Shown: in pieces, positions 1 through 9,905 of the stretch | Position numbering within the stretch: position 1 is the stretch's first letter | Layout of the letters: every line of letters begins with the position of its first letter | DNA from: an uncultured virus (IMG/VR IMGVR_UViG_3300021399_000162) | Taxonomy: Duplodnaviria > Heunggongvirae > Uroviricota > Caudoviricetes | Length of the DNA: 64,000 nucleotides | Virus record (IMG/VR): IMGVR_UViG_3300021399_000162 | Strand: one strand, 5' to 3' | Made by a program: the position numbers and the translations under genes | Notes under the pieces: generated by a model | Databases searched by the model: none | Told to the model about the DNA's origin: nothing | Seen by the model: only the letters and a program-made list of their open reading frames with translations

Positions 1-85
1 GGGGGGGGTCCCGCAATGACCCCCCCTCCCCTTTTCGCAGGGTCATCAGAAAAACCTCCGGGGGACCTTTTTAGGACCCGATTTT

Positions 86-283
86 CAGTGATATTTGAAC
101 GAGTTGGTGACGTTTGGGCTGTGCAGACTCCTTCTGCTGGTTGCTTCACCTCCTCAACCACGGGTTTTACGCTAAAAACAACGAGAAATTACTCTGCCAA
201 CGATTGGTTTTCATGGGTTTGTCATGTACCCTCCTCCTTTCCCAGTCGTTGAACGACGCCACCAACTCCTTCAAGTACCACTG
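86..283. ncRNA. Putative structured RNA/DNA element: 28-position closing stem enclosing several hairpins with CTCCT/CACCTCCT loops
   Basis: 86-113 pairs with 256-283 (24 of 28 Watson-Crick). Internal hairpins GCAGA-ctcct-TCTGC (123-137) and TGGTTG-cttcacctcct-CAACCA (138-160); CCTCCTCCTTT at about 230-240. Confidence 0.55.
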
Positions 284-308
284 ACAGACGAAAGAGAGAC
301 GATGTACG

Positions 309-671
309 ATGAAAATGGCTAACAGTACGGAGTCTCAAACGGCTCCAGTGATGCCAAGATCCTGTTTAACACCAGAAGCAGAAGAAAACCAGCTAATTTC
401 TCTGGCCATCGATGCTGCCAAGAAACAGTTGGTCGAGGGAACTGCATCAAATTCGATCATCCTTCACTATCTCAAACTTGCCACCACAAGGGAACGGATC
501 GAGCGAGAGATCATGGAGAAGCAAAAAGAGCTCATGGCAGCCAAGACTGAAGTTCTTGCATCCCAGGCAAGGGTTGAAGAGCTTTATACTCAGGCAATGA
601 AAGCCATGCAAAAGTACAGCGGATACGATGGCGGGGGTGTTGATGATGACGAATTCATCCCAGCTCCTTAA
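309..671 (+). CDS. Phage protein, possible terminase small subunit
   Basis: 120-aa helical ORF; first gene before the HNH, adaptor and TerL genes. Function inferred from position only. Confidence 0.45.
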   Translation: MKMANSTESQTAPVMPRSCLTPEAEENQLISLAIDAAKKQLVEGTASNSIILHYLKLATTRERIEREIMEKQKELMAAKTEVLASQARVEELYTQAMKAMQKYSGYDGGGVDDDEFIPAP

Positions 672-1077
672 ATCCTACTCTGAGTTGATCAAACTTCCTA
701 CATTCGATGAGCGCTTTGAATATTTAGCGCTTAACGGAAGCATCGCAGAAGATACACTTGGATACATGCGATACCTAGCTCAACGATTCTACGCTTCTCC
801 AGAGTGGAAACAGATCCGAGACAAAGTAATAGAACGCGACAATGGTTGTGAATTAGGCGTCGATGGATACTACATTCACGGCGCTATTTACATTCATCAC
901 ATTAATCCCATCACAAGACTAGACATCCAGTATGGAACAGACCTGCTTCAAAATCTAGATAATCTTGTGTGCTGTTCCTATGACGTCCATCAAGCCATCC
1001 ATTATGGAAACAAGGATCGTATTCCAAGGGATCCTGTTCCTCGCAGACCTAACGACACTTGCCCATGGAAGGAGTAA
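643..1077 (+). CDS. HNH endonuclease (packaging-associated)
   Basis: W..IRDKVIERDNGC...IHHINP...NLVCC...HQAIH HNH signature, near the terminase. Confidence 0.85.
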   Translation: MMTNSSQLLKSYSELIKLPTFDERFEYLALNGSIAEDTLGYMRYLAQRFYASPEWKQIRDKVIERDNGCELGVDGYYIHGAIYIHHINPITRLDIQYGTDLLQNLDNLVCCSYDVHQAIHYGNKDRIPRDPVPRRPNDTCPWKE

Positions 1078-1086
1078 GAGACCGAT

Positions 1087-1452
1087 ATGAATGAAAGCAT
1101 CCTTGAAACAGTTCGGGTCGCCTGCAATGTCGGTCCCGACAACACTGACTTCGACAATGAATTGATCTTGTATACCAATTCTGTCCTGGCTATTGCTACA
1201 CAGCTTGGCATCGGACCTAAGACTGGCTTTCATATTACAGGCGAGTCCGAGTCTTGGCAGGAATTCCTAGGCGACATGAATGCAGATGCCATTAACACTA
1301 TCCAGACATACATCGGAAAGAAAGTTAAGTCGCTCTTTGATCCTCCAGTTTCCTCAGCTGTCAAGGAAAGTTTGGAGCGCAACCTTGCTGAACTTGAGTG
1401 GCGCAGTAATGTGGCCGCTGAATCTATTGAATTGGAGGGAACAAGCCCATGA
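1087..1452 (+). CDS. Head-tail adaptor/connector protein
   Basis: SIL...FDNELI..N...QLGIGP...LFDPP...ELEWR pattern of gp6/gp15-like connectors. Confidence 0.6.
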   Translation: MNESILETVRVACNVGPDNTDFDNELILYTNSVLAIATQLGIGPKTGFHITGESESWQEFLGDMNADAINTIQTYIGKKVKSLFDPPVSSAVKESLERNLAELEWRSNVAAESIELEGTSP

Positions 1453-3137
1453 GTGTAATACTTGTTTCCAATGAGCTATCTGGGCATTATCTGATGCATT
1501 ATCGCACCAGGGGTTCAAAGAATGGTGTACGGCTTTACCAGAACCCTGATGGCACTTTAACTCCTCTCGGTCGTGAGCATTATGGTATTGGCGAGGATAA
1601 TCGACGCTATGCTCGATTTGAATCAACCATCACCAAGAATACGAGTAACGCCAGTAAGCACGAGTCAAAGGCTGCTGAAATAAAACGAGATCTCGATAAA
1701 GACGAAGCCCGAATGATTAAGGGTAAGTCACATATGACCGATTGGGATCGAACCAAGCTTCTCAAGAAGTACTATAAGCTGAACACCAAGTCATTTGCAT
1801 ATCAGCGTAAAGCTGAACGGGGCAAATACAAGCTTATGAAGTTCCTCAGTAAGGTGCAGAAATCTTACGATGACACTGTAGCACATGCTGATTCAGAGGC
1901 CAATTTCAAAGCTTTCCTCGACAGTTTAACCGAAGAACAGCGTAACGCTCTCTATGTTATCTTCGATGACATCCTTCCGGATGACGATGATGGGCAGCTT
2001 GAACAGAACGGCACAGATGGCGCATATCTTGCACATTTCAGAACCAAGGGATCTGAGAATGGCGTAAGAAGGTACCAGTATGAAGATGGAACTTACACTC
2101 CACTCGGTCGAATCCACTATGGTATCGGTCTAGGTCGTAAAAAGAAAGGCAATGGCGAATCTGATTCTTCTGGATCTGAAAAGCGGCAGACAAGAGCTGA
2201 GAAGAAAGAAGCCCGTCGCAAAGCTCGAGCAGAAAAAAGAGAGCAGTCCAAAATTGAACGGAAAGCTCTCAAAGATGCTGCCGAACTGGAACGCAAGAAT
2301 ATTAGAAACCTTACTGATGAGGAACTCCAGGCTCGCATCAATAGACTCAGCAAAGAGAAGCAATTGGATCAGCTTATCCGAGAGCAGTCCGAACGAGCAT
2401 CTTCGCCTCTTCGCCAGAAAGCATCAAAATTGCTGAGCGAAGCAGCCGAGAATCTTGCCAAGCAGGCTCTTAGCACTCTTACTCAGAAGGCGATCAGTAA
2501 GATCGGTGAAAGACTTGATGAGAAGGAAGTCATCGATCTGAGCAGATACAAGGACGTTGACCTCTTCTCCCTCAAGTCTGACGAACTCGCCAAGATCCAG
2601 GATGCCTTTGCTAAGGCTGGTCAGATTGCCGAGAATCGCAATAAGGTATTCTCCAACGTTGAGAATGCTGAAAGGCGTGAGAAGGCTAAGAGAGACGAAG
2701 AAGAGAGACAGCGGCGCGAAACTGAGAAGAAGGCTGAAGCAGAACGTAAGAAAGCCGAAGCTGAGCAGAAAGCCACTGAAGAAAAACAGAGAGCTGAGGC
2801 AGCAAAGCGCCAAGCCGAAGAAGAGAAACGCAGAGCAGAGCAGAAGGCCGAAGATGATCGTCGAGCAGCTGAGCGTAAAGCTGAGAATGACCGGCGTGCT
2901 GAAGAGAAGCGTCTGGAAGATGCAAGGAAGTATGCCGAGAAGATGGCTCGCCTGAAACAGGCTGAGAATGACCGTAAAGCTAAGCAGGATGCCAAAGATG
3001 CCAAGAAGTCTGGAGATGCACCTTCTACTTCTGTTGTCAACCAGGCAAAGCGAATGGAAAACTTTGGGTATAGTCCTAGAGAAATTGCTGCTGCACTTGG
3101 CCTATCTGAGGATACTGTGAAGAAGATTCTCAGGTGA
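1449..3137 (+). CDS. Probable internal virion protein: two H(Y/F)RT.GS.NGVR.YQ..DGT.TPLGR.HYG repeats, long E/K/R/A coiled coil, C-terminal HTH
   Basis: Duplicated motif visible in the translation; C-terminus GYSPREIAAALGLSEDTVKKIL is HTH-like. Confidence 0.6.
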   Translation: MSVILVSNELSGHYLMHYRTRGSKNGVRLYQNPDGTLTPLGREHYGIGEDNRRYARFESTITKNTSNASKHESKAAEIKRDLDKDEARMIKGKSHMTDWDRTKLLKKYYKLNTKSFAYQRKAERGKYKLMKFLSKVQKSYDDTVAHADSEANFKAFLDSLTEEQRNALYVIFDDILPDDDDGQLEQNGTDGAYLAHFRTKGSENGVRRYQYEDGTYTPLGRIHYGIGLGRKKKGNGESDSSGSEKRQTRAEKKEARRKARAEKREQSKIERKALKDAAELERKNIRNLTDEELQARINRLSKEKQLDQLIREQSERASSPLRQKASKLLSEAAENLAKQALSTLTQKAISKIGERLDEKEVIDLSRYKDVDLFSLKSDELAKIQDAFAKAGQIAENRNKVFSNVENAERREKAKRDEEERQRRETEKKAEAERKKAEAEQKATEEKQRAEAAKRQAEEEKRRAEQKAEDDRRAAERKAENDRRAEEKRLEDARKYAEKMARLKQAENDRKAKQDAKDAKKSGDAPSTSVVNQAKRMENFGYSPREIAAALGLSEDTVKKILR

Positions 3138-3141
3138 TCTG

Positions 3142-4881
3142 ATGCTATCGAACACAGCGATACCGATCTACTACGGCCAGTTTAGAGCCAGCGTAATGGC
3201 TGGTGAAATACCAATCTGTGAAACCATCGAGCTTGAGATGCATCGTATAGATGATCTGATTGCAGATCCGAAATACTACTACGATGACAAAGCTATTGAT
3301 GGTTTTATTGCGTTCTGTGAAGAGGAAATGACCCTCACAGACGGCGCCGATCTACATCTTCTTCCAACATTCAAACTTTGGGCCGAGAGCATCTTTGCCT
3401 GGTTCTACTTCGAGGAACAAGACGTACCAGTTCCAATGCCAAATGGCGATGTTTCGTACGTTAAACGATTCATCAAGCGAAGACTCTGCAATGAGCTTTA
3501 CTTGATCATTCCTCGAAGTGCTGCAAAGACACTGTTTGCTACTCTTATTCAAGCCTACTTCCTGGTCGTTGATACCACTTCGACCCACCAGGTTGCTGTG
3601 GCATATACAACAGACCAGGCTGATGAAACGCTTTCCCCGTTCCGAGTAGCTATTACTAGGGCTAAAGGACCGCTCTTCAAGTTCCTTACTGAAGGAAACC
3701 TCCACAACACAACCGGTAGCAAGGCTAATCGCCCGAAACTGTATTCCAGTAAGCGTGGAATTGAGATGTCTCTAACAAATAGCTACATCGAAACGATTCC
3801 TATGCGTATTGACCGGCTTCAGTCCATCCGAACCAAGATCATCACGATCGACGAATGGCTCAGTTGTGACGTTAGAGACAATGTTCTTCAGGCAGCTCGC
3901 CAAAGTTGCGCTAAAACTCCTGACAGTTTGATCGTTGCGATCAGCTCCGAGGGTACTGTTCGAAACGCAATTGGCGATGACATCAAAATGGACCTGCTTA
4001 AAGTGCTTCATGGAGACATCCAGGCGCCTTACAGACGGATCTGGTATTACAAACTTGACAGTGAGAAGGAAGTTGGCCATCCGGAACTGTGGATTAAGGC
4101 CAATCCTAATCTCGGAGCAACGGTAACATACGAAACTTACCAGCGAGACGTTGAGATTGCTGAGAAATCGCCTTCCGCACGAAACGATATTCTTGCTAAG
4201 CGATTCAATCTCCCGATGGAAGGCTTCACATACTTCTTCACCTACGAAGAAACTCTGCGTCATATGCCCAAATCGTACTGGAAGATGTCCTGCTCGATGG
4301 GTTGTGACCTTAGTTTGGGTGACGACTTCTGTGCATTTACATTCTTGTTCCCTCTGGGCAATGGTGCATTCGGTGTTAAGACTCGAGACTATATTTCTCA
4401 GCTTACATTTGATCGACTCAGCCCGGCAATGAGCGTTAAATACATGGAATTCATCAACGAAGGCAGTCTTATGGTTATGCCCGGTACAGTTCTCGACATG
4501 ATGACTGTGTACGCAGACCTAGACAACTTCATAGTTGAGCAGGAATACACGGTAGAATGTGTTGGCTACGACCCATACAATGCTAAAGACTTCGTGGCCC
4601 GTTGGGAAAGTGAAAACGGGCCTTTTGGTATTGAGAAAGTTATTCAAGGTGCCAAAACCGAGTCAGTACCTCTTGGCGAACTCAAGAAACTGGCTGGTGA
4701 AAGATTGCTTCTCTTTGACGAATCCCTTATGGAATTTGCAATGGGTAACTGTATGGTGAGCGTCGACACCAACGGTAACAGAAAGCTGATCAAAAAGCGC
4801 GCAGATCAGAAGATTGATGCTGTCGCTGCACTTATGGATGCTTATGTTGCCTATAAACTGAATCGAGACGCATTTGAGTGA
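3142..4881 (+). CDS. terL: Terminase large subunit
   Basis: 579 aa; variant Walker A (IPRSAAKT), Walker B (TIDEW), nuclease motifs GCDLS..DD, YDPYN, KIDAVAALMDA. Confidence 0.92.
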   Translation: MLSNTAIPIYYGQFRASVMAGEIPICETIELEMHRIDDLIADPKYYYDDKAIDGFIAFCEEEMTLTDGADLHLLPTFKLWAESIFAWFYFEEQDVPVPMPNGDVSYVKRFIKRRLCNELYLIIPRSAAKTLFATLIQAYFLVVDTTSTHQVAVAYTTDQADETLSPFRVAITRAKGPLFKFLTEGNLHNTTGSKANRPKLYSSKRGIEMSLTNSYIETIPMRIDRLQSIRTKIITIDEWLSCDVRDNVLQAARQSCAKTPDSLIVAISSEGTVRNAIGDDIKMDLLKVLHGDIQAPYRRIWYYKLDSEKEVGHPELWIKANPNLGATVTYETYQRDVEIAEKSPSARNDILAKRFNLPMEGFTYFFTYEETLRHMPKSYWKMSCSMGCDLSLGDDFCAFTFLFPLGNGAFGVKTRDYISQLTFDRLSPAMSVKYMEFINEGSLMVMPGTVLDMMTVYADLDNFIVEQEYTVECVGYDPYNAKDFVARWESENGPFGIEKVIQGAKTESVPLGELKKLAGERLLLFDESLMEFAMGNCMVSVDTNGNRKLIKKRADQKIDAVAALMDAYVAYKLNRDAFE

Positions 4882-4892
4882 GGAGATTGCCT

Positions 4893-6140
4893 ATGAGCTT
4901 TCTAGATAGAGTCCGGCATGCCTGGAACGTGTTCAATAATAAGGACCCCACGATACCCTACACTCAAGTAGGCATCGGTTATGGCGCCAGACCGGACAGA
5001 ATGCGATTTACCCGAGGTAATGATCGGACCATTAGAACTTCTGTTTGCAACAAGATTGCAATTGACGTGGCTCGCAATAGGATCATCCACGCTAAGACAG
5101 ATGAAGATGGCCGATACACAGGTGTTGTTCAGTCTGGATTGCACAATTGTCTTACACTGTCTGCCAATATAGATCAGACTGGTCGTGCATTCATTCAAGA
5201 CGCTGTTCAGAGTATGCTCGATGAAGGCTGTGTCGCACTTGTCCCCATCGACACAGACGACGAACCGAAAGACTCTAAGAACTTTAAGATCTATACCATT
5301 CGAACTGGACGCATTGTGCGCTGGTATCCGAATGCGGTCAAGGTCAGTGTTTACAATGAGCGTCTTGGTGAACATCAGGAGATCACGGTTCCAAAAGAGA
5401 CAACTGCTATTGTTGAGAATCCGATGTACGCCGTGATGAACGAGCCGAGCAGTACAATGTCCCGACTCTCAAGGAAACTGAGTCTTCTAGACGCGGTTGA
5501 CGAGAGTGCCAGCAGCGGAAGATTGGATATGATCGTCCAGCTCCCGTACGTTATCAAGACCGAGGCAAGACGCCAGCAGGCCGAACTACGACGCAACGAC
5601 ATTGAACGGCAGTTGAGTGAAGGAAAATATGGTATCGCCTATACAGACGGCACCGAACGAATTACTCAGCTTAACCGACCGGTTGAAAACAATCTCATGA
5701 AGACAATCGAATACCTGACGAACCTCCTGTTTAGCCAGATGGGTATAACACAGGGGGTTCTTGACGGTTCTGCAGATGAACGAACCATGCAGAACTACAG
5801 GATTCGAATTATCGAGCCTATTCTCGCAGCCCTTACAGATGAAATGTCTCGTAAGTTCCTCACAGAAGAAGCTCGTAAAGATGATCATCAGACGATCATG
5901 TTCTTCACTGATCCGTTGAAGATGGTCACGACTAGCGAATTGGCTGATCTGTCTGACAAGCTCATTCGTGGTGAGATTGCTACCAGTAACGAAATCAGAC
6001 AGGCGATCGGAATGCTTCCTAGCAAGGATCCTAATGCCGACATTCTTAGGAATAAGAATCTGAGTGAGCCGACTGGAACCGAGCAACCACACGTTCCGAC
6101 AAATGGACTGACAGATTTTTCTAGCAGTCAGGAGGAGTAA
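4893..6140 (+). CDS. Portal protein
   Basis: About 415 aa between TerL and the protease; HK97-type features including T.NEIR..IG near the C-terminus. Confidence 0.88.
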   Translation: MSFLDRVRHAWNVFNNKDPTIPYTQVGIGYGARPDRMRFTRGNDRTIRTSVCNKIAIDVARNRIIHAKTDEDGRYTGVVQSGLHNCLTLSANIDQTGRAFIQDAVQSMLDEGCVALVPIDTDDEPKDSKNFKIYTIRTGRIVRWYPNAVKVSVYNERLGEHQEITVPKETTAIVENPMYAVMNEPSSTMSRLSRKLSLLDAVDESASSGRLDMIVQLPYVIKTEARRQQAELRRNDIERQLSEGKYGIAYTDGTERITQLNRPVENNLMKTIEYLTNLLFSQMGITQGVLDGSADERTMQNYRIRIIEPILAALTDEMSRKFLTEEARKDDHQTIMFFTDPLKMVTTSELADLSDKLIRGEIATSNEIRQAIGMLPSKDPNADILRNKNLSEPTGTEQPHVPTNGLTDFSSSQEE

Positions 6141-6145
6141 TCAAA

Positions 6146-7978
6146 ATGAAAGACTACGATTTCTGTGGTTACGCCACAAGGAACAACATTCGTTGCTCTG
6201 ACGGCCGTACCATCATGAAAAATGCGTTCGCAGACGACGATGGAAAGCGTGTTCCTCTTGTCTGGAACCATCAGCATAACGATCCGACCAATGTTCTCGG
6301 CCATGCAGACCTTGAGAACCGAGAAGATGGTGTGTTCGCTTATGCCAAGTTTAATGACACTGAGAGCGGTCAGAACGCCAAGCAGCTTGTGATGCACGGT
6401 GATATTTCTGCTCTTAGCATTTTCGCAAACAAGCTTCAGGAGCAGTCTGGCAAAGTTATGCACGGCATTATCCGTGAGGTGAGCCTCGTTCTTGCTGGCG
6501 CTAATCCTGGCGCAACAATCGACTCTTTCGTCGCTCATAACGATGACGGTCAGATTGTTGAAGACAGAACTCAGGGTTGCTTCTATTCAGGCCTTGAGGG
6601 GGAACTTTATCATGCAGATGATTCGGACAAAAACGATGACGAGTCTAAGGATGACAAGGAACCTGCCGAAAAGACTGAAGGACGTACCGTTGAGGATGTC
6701 ATGAAAACATTTACCGATGAGCAGAAGATTGTAATTAAAGCTCTGCTCGAGTCCGCTATCCAGAAAGACAGCGACGATGAAGAGTCATCCGACAACGATG
6801 ACGACGATGATGAGGAGGAATCCGAAATGAAGCATAATGCCTTCGACAACGAAACTACCCCTGAAGAAAACTACATCAGCCATGCTGACGAAGTGGCGAT
6901 CGTGAAGAACGCAAAGAACCCTGCTATCGGCACCCTTAAGGGAGCTATCGCAGCCTACTGCGAAGAGAAGGGCCTGGAACACGGCTTTGACACCGCCAGC
7001 ACTACCTTCCTGCTTCCCGAATACAAGGATCTCAAGGGCGGCGCTCCTGAGATGCTCACCGACGATCAGGGCTGGATCTCTAAGGTTCTGCAGAAGGTTC
7101 ATAAGAGCCCGATGACCCGTATCCGCACTCGTTTCACCGACATCCGGAACATCGAGAACCTGCGTGCAAAGGGTTACAAGCAGAAGGGCGAACGGAAAGT
7201 CCTGACCGGGGACTATTCTGTGATCTATCGTACCACTGACGCTCAGACTGTGTACGTTCGTTCCAGCCTGCATCGTGATGATGTTCTGGACATCACCGAT
7301 TTCGACGTTGTGCAGTATCAGTACAACATCGATAAGATGATGCTCAATGAAGAACTGGCAACTGCTATCCTGCTCGGTGACGGCCGCGACGATGGCGACG
7401 AATTCCGCATTCATCCTGACAAGATCCGTCCTGTCTGGACCGATGATGAGCTCTATACAATTCATCGTACTGTTGACTTTGCTGCCATCAAGGAGCAGCT
7501 CCAGGGTGAAAACACCGGCGCTTACTTCGGCGAAGGCTTTGTCTATGCTGAAGCATTCATCCAGGAACTTCTGTATGGCCGTGAAGATGCCAAGAACCTT
7601 GGCCAGGGCGATCTGTACATCACTCCTCATGCTCTCAACCGCATGCTGCTCGCCCGCGACATGAACGGTCGTCGCATCTATGAGACTACTGAACAGCTCC
7701 GCTCTGCCCTGAATGTCGGCAGCATCATTACTGTCGAACAGTTCGAAGGCAAGCAGCGCTCTGTCACGGTTGAAGGCGCCACCAAGAAGAAGAATCTGCT
7801 TGGTATGGTTGTCAACCTGAACAACTATTACCTGGGCTGCAACAAGGGCGGCGAAATCACCCACTTCACCGACTTCGACATCAACTTCAACACCCTTGAG
7901 AGCCTGCTGGAAACCCGTTGCTCTGGTTCCAACACTCGTCCGTTCAGCGCTCTGGTGCTTGAAGAAGACGTTGCCTAA
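6146..7978 (+). CDS. Prohead protease-major capsid protein fusion (HK97-like)
   Basis: N-terminal protease (VPLVWNHQH, LSI, EVSLVLAGANPGA), acidic linker, then a capsid domain from MKHNAFD; strongly biased codons. Confidence 0.88.
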   Translation: MKDYDFCGYATRNNIRCSDGRTIMKNAFADDDGKRVPLVWNHQHNDPTNVLGHADLENREDGVFAYAKFNDTESGQNAKQLVMHGDISALSIFANKLQEQSGKVMHGIIREVSLVLAGANPGATIDSFVAHNDDGQIVEDRTQGCFYSGLEGELYHADDSDKNDDESKDDKEPAEKTEGRTVEDVMKTFTDEQKIVIKALLESAIQKDSDDEESSDNDDDDDEEESEMKHNAFDNETTPEENYISHADEVAIVKNAKNPAIGTLKGAIAAYCEEKGLEHGFDTASTTFLLPEYKDLKGGAPEMLTDDQGWISKVLQKVHKSPMTRIRTRFTDIRNIENLRAKGYKQKGERKVLTGDYSVIYRTTDAQTVYVRSSLHRDDVLDITDFDVVQYQYNIDKMMLNEELATAILLGDGRDDGDEFRIHPDKIRPVWTDDELYTIHRTVDFAAIKEQLQGENTGAYFGEGFVYAEAFIQELLYGREDAKNLGQGDLYITPHALNRMLLARDMNGRRIYETTEQLRSALNVGSIITVEQFEGKQRSVTVEGATKKKNLLGMVVNLNNYYLGCNKGGEITHFTDFDINFNTLESLLETRCSGSNTRPFSALVLEEDVA

Positions 7979-7991
7979 GGAGTAATTCAAA

Positions 7992-8330
7992 ATGGCAAGG
8001 TTTTGTGGAAAAGTTGGCTACGTGATCAATAGCGAAGCCGACGGTCATCCTGGTGTATGGGGCTCTGTACAGGAGCCTGTCGAGCGTACCTATTACGGTG
8101 ACGTGAATCGAACCATACGCCGACTTGAACCCGGAGAAGGCATCAACGACAACGTTGTGGTTAACAACGAAATCAGTATTGTTGCAGACCCGTTTGCTCG
8201 AGACCATTTCTTTGCCATTCGATATGTGAAATGGATGGGGGTAGCTTGGAAAGTCTCCAATGTGGAGGTCCTCTACCCCCGTCTCGTTTTAACTCTCGGA
8301 GGTCGGTACAATGGGCGAACGGCGAATTGA
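7992..8330 (+). CDS. Head closure (stopper) protein
   Basis: 112-aa beta-rich ORF after the capsid gene; YVKWMGVAWKVSNVEV.YPRL. Confidence 0.65.
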   Translation: MARFCGKVGYVINSEADGHPGVWGSVQEPVERTYYGDVNRTIRRLEPGEGINDNVVVNNEISIVADPFARDHFFAIRYVKWMGVAWKVSNVEVLYPRLVLTLGGRYNGRTAN

Positions 8331-8700
8331 GTTTCACGAGTATCTCCTAAAGTTGCTTGCTGAACATGGGACGGTTGCCCAAACAAACACTGGATGGGTC
8401 TGGACTCCAATGTCTGACATTGGCTCAGATGATGGTCATCCGATCTATGTTTACAATCAACCTCCGGAATCACTCCAAATAAATTATCCCTGCCTCATCT
8501 ACGAGATGAAAAATATTAGAAAGACTCCAGCCGACAATAAGACTTACCTCAAGTTCTGGGCCTACAGGTTGATCTACATCACCTGGGCTCCTGACAGTTC
8601 GGCTATTGATTGGCTGGTTGACTTTCCCTGGTGTTCCTTTGATGGCAGCCCTTATGAGGCTGACAACCTGTATCACTATACCTATACGATCTATTATTGA
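8311..8700 (+). CDS. Tail terminator/completion protein
   Basis: VYNQPP...YPCLIY...ADN...Y.ADNLYH, immediately before the major tail gene. Confidence 0.65.
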   Translation: MGERRIEFHEYLLKLLAEHGTVAQTNTGWVWTPMSDIGSDDGHPIYVYNQPPESLQINYPCLIYEMKNIRKTPADNKTYLKFWAYRLIYITWAPDSSAIDWLVDFPWCSFDGSPYEADNLYHYTYTIYY

Positions 8701-8713
8701 GGAGGACATGCAT

Positions 8714-9361
8714 ATGTCTAAACTTACTTGGGACGATGTTGGTACCCACAAGTATGCTCTTGGTGTAAGCAAGGGCGTTGTCTACAAGTTTGACAAGACC
8801 AAGAACAAGTGGCTCGGTACCGCTTGGACTGGTCTTTCCAGCGTTTCCGAAACCCCTGATGGCGGTGACGCAAACGACCTGTATGCCGATAACATTCTTT
8901 ATGCCAGCATCCGTGGCACTGAGAAGCTCGGCGGCACCATCGAGTGCTATGACTATCCGGATGCTTTCGATTCCTGCATTGGCGAAACTGAACTGGTGCC
9001 CGGTATTACCGTCGGTCAGCAGATCAAGGAGCCGTTCTGCTTCTGCTATCGCTCTGAAGTTGGCGAATCCAGCGACCCGTATCATTCCTACAAGCTGCAT
9101 GTGATCTACAACTGCACTGCTGCTGCTTCTGAGCGCAGCTATGAGACCATCAACGACAGCCCTGACACCGAGCCGATGAGCTTTGACTATGACAGCGTTC
9201 CTGTTCCTGTCACTGGTCATAAGGCTACTTCCAGCCTCGAGATCGATCCGGCTAAGGTCGACTCTGCTAAGATGAAGCTCCTTGAAGATGCTCTTTATGG
9301 CACCGACACTGAGGAAGCTTATCTGCCGCTTCCCGACGACCTGCTTGATCTTATCAAGTAA
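8714..9361 (+). CDS. Major tail protein
   Basis: LTWD..G...Y..GVSKGV, AWTGL..VSE.P.GG, LYADN..Y, YKLHVIYN; RBS GAGGAGG; followed by a terminator. Confidence 0.85.
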   Translation: MSKLTWDDVGTHKYALGVSKGVVYKFDKTKNKWLGTAWTGLSSVSETPDGGDANDLYADNILYASIRGTEKLGGTIECYDYPDAFDSCIGETELVPGITVGQQIKEPFCFCYRSEVGESSDPYHSYKLHVIYNCTAAASERSYETINDSPDTEPMSFDYDSVPVPVTGHKATSSLEIDPAKVDSAKMKLLEDALYGTDTEEAYLPLPDDLLDLIK

Positions 9362-9365
9362 CCTT

Positions 9366-9408
9366 AAAGGGAGTGCTCATACAATCTTGGGCACTCCCTT
9401 TTCTTTTT
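9366..9408 (+). terminator. Intrinsic terminator after the major tail gene
   Basis: AAAGGGAGTGCTCA...TGGGCACTCCCTTT stem followed by a T-tract. Confidence 0.85.
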
Positions 9409-9430
9409 ACAGTATGAAAGGAGAAGAACT

Positions 9431-9886
9431 ATGATTAAAAAGACCCTCACCTATCATGACTTCGATGGCGAAGAACACACCAAAGACTTTTACTTCAGCA
9501 TGAACCAGACCGAATTTAGCCTGATGAACAATCAGATCCCTGGCGGTCTTGAGAGTTATCTGAAGCGGATTCAGGAAGACAAGGATTCCGCCAAACTGCT
9601 TGACCTGCTTACCATGTTCATCACGGAAAGTTATGGCGAGCGCAGTGATGATGGCGCCCTGTTCTTCAAGAAAGATCCCAAGGGTCGCAAGCTTGGCGAA
9701 GCATTCATCATGACTGAAGCTTGCGATAACCTGCTGACCGAACTTCTCGACAATGAGAATCGCATTGCCGCTTTCCTGACCGGTATGCTGCCTACCAACA
9801 TCCGTGGCAAGGTCGAAGCCGGCATCCGTGAAGCTCAGCTGAAGCTCGCTGAAACTGAAGAAAAAGCAGAACCTGCTGCTAAATAA
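9431..9886 (+). CDS. Tail assembly chaperone
   Basis: MIKKTLTY.DFDG....DFYF; lies between the major tail and tape measure genes. Confidence 0.7.
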   Translation: MIKKTLTYHDFDGEEHTKDFYFSMNQTEFSLMNNQIPGGLESYLKRIQEDKDSAKLLDLLTMFITESYGERSDDGALFFKKDPKGRKLGEAFIMTEACDNLLTELLDNENRIAAFLTGMLPTNIRGKVEAGIREAQLKLAETEEKAEPAAK

Positions 9887-9905
9887 ATAATCGGAGGTGA
9901 CGACT

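Noticed and set aside
16..252. 78-aa ORF at the left end
   Set aside because: No RBS, no recognisable protein features, and it overlaps a strongly base-paired element.
6785..7990. Long minus-strand ORFs (401 aa here; also 42417-43568 and 45237-46826)
   Set aside because: They are antisense shadows of codon-biased + strand genes, with no RBS or motifs.
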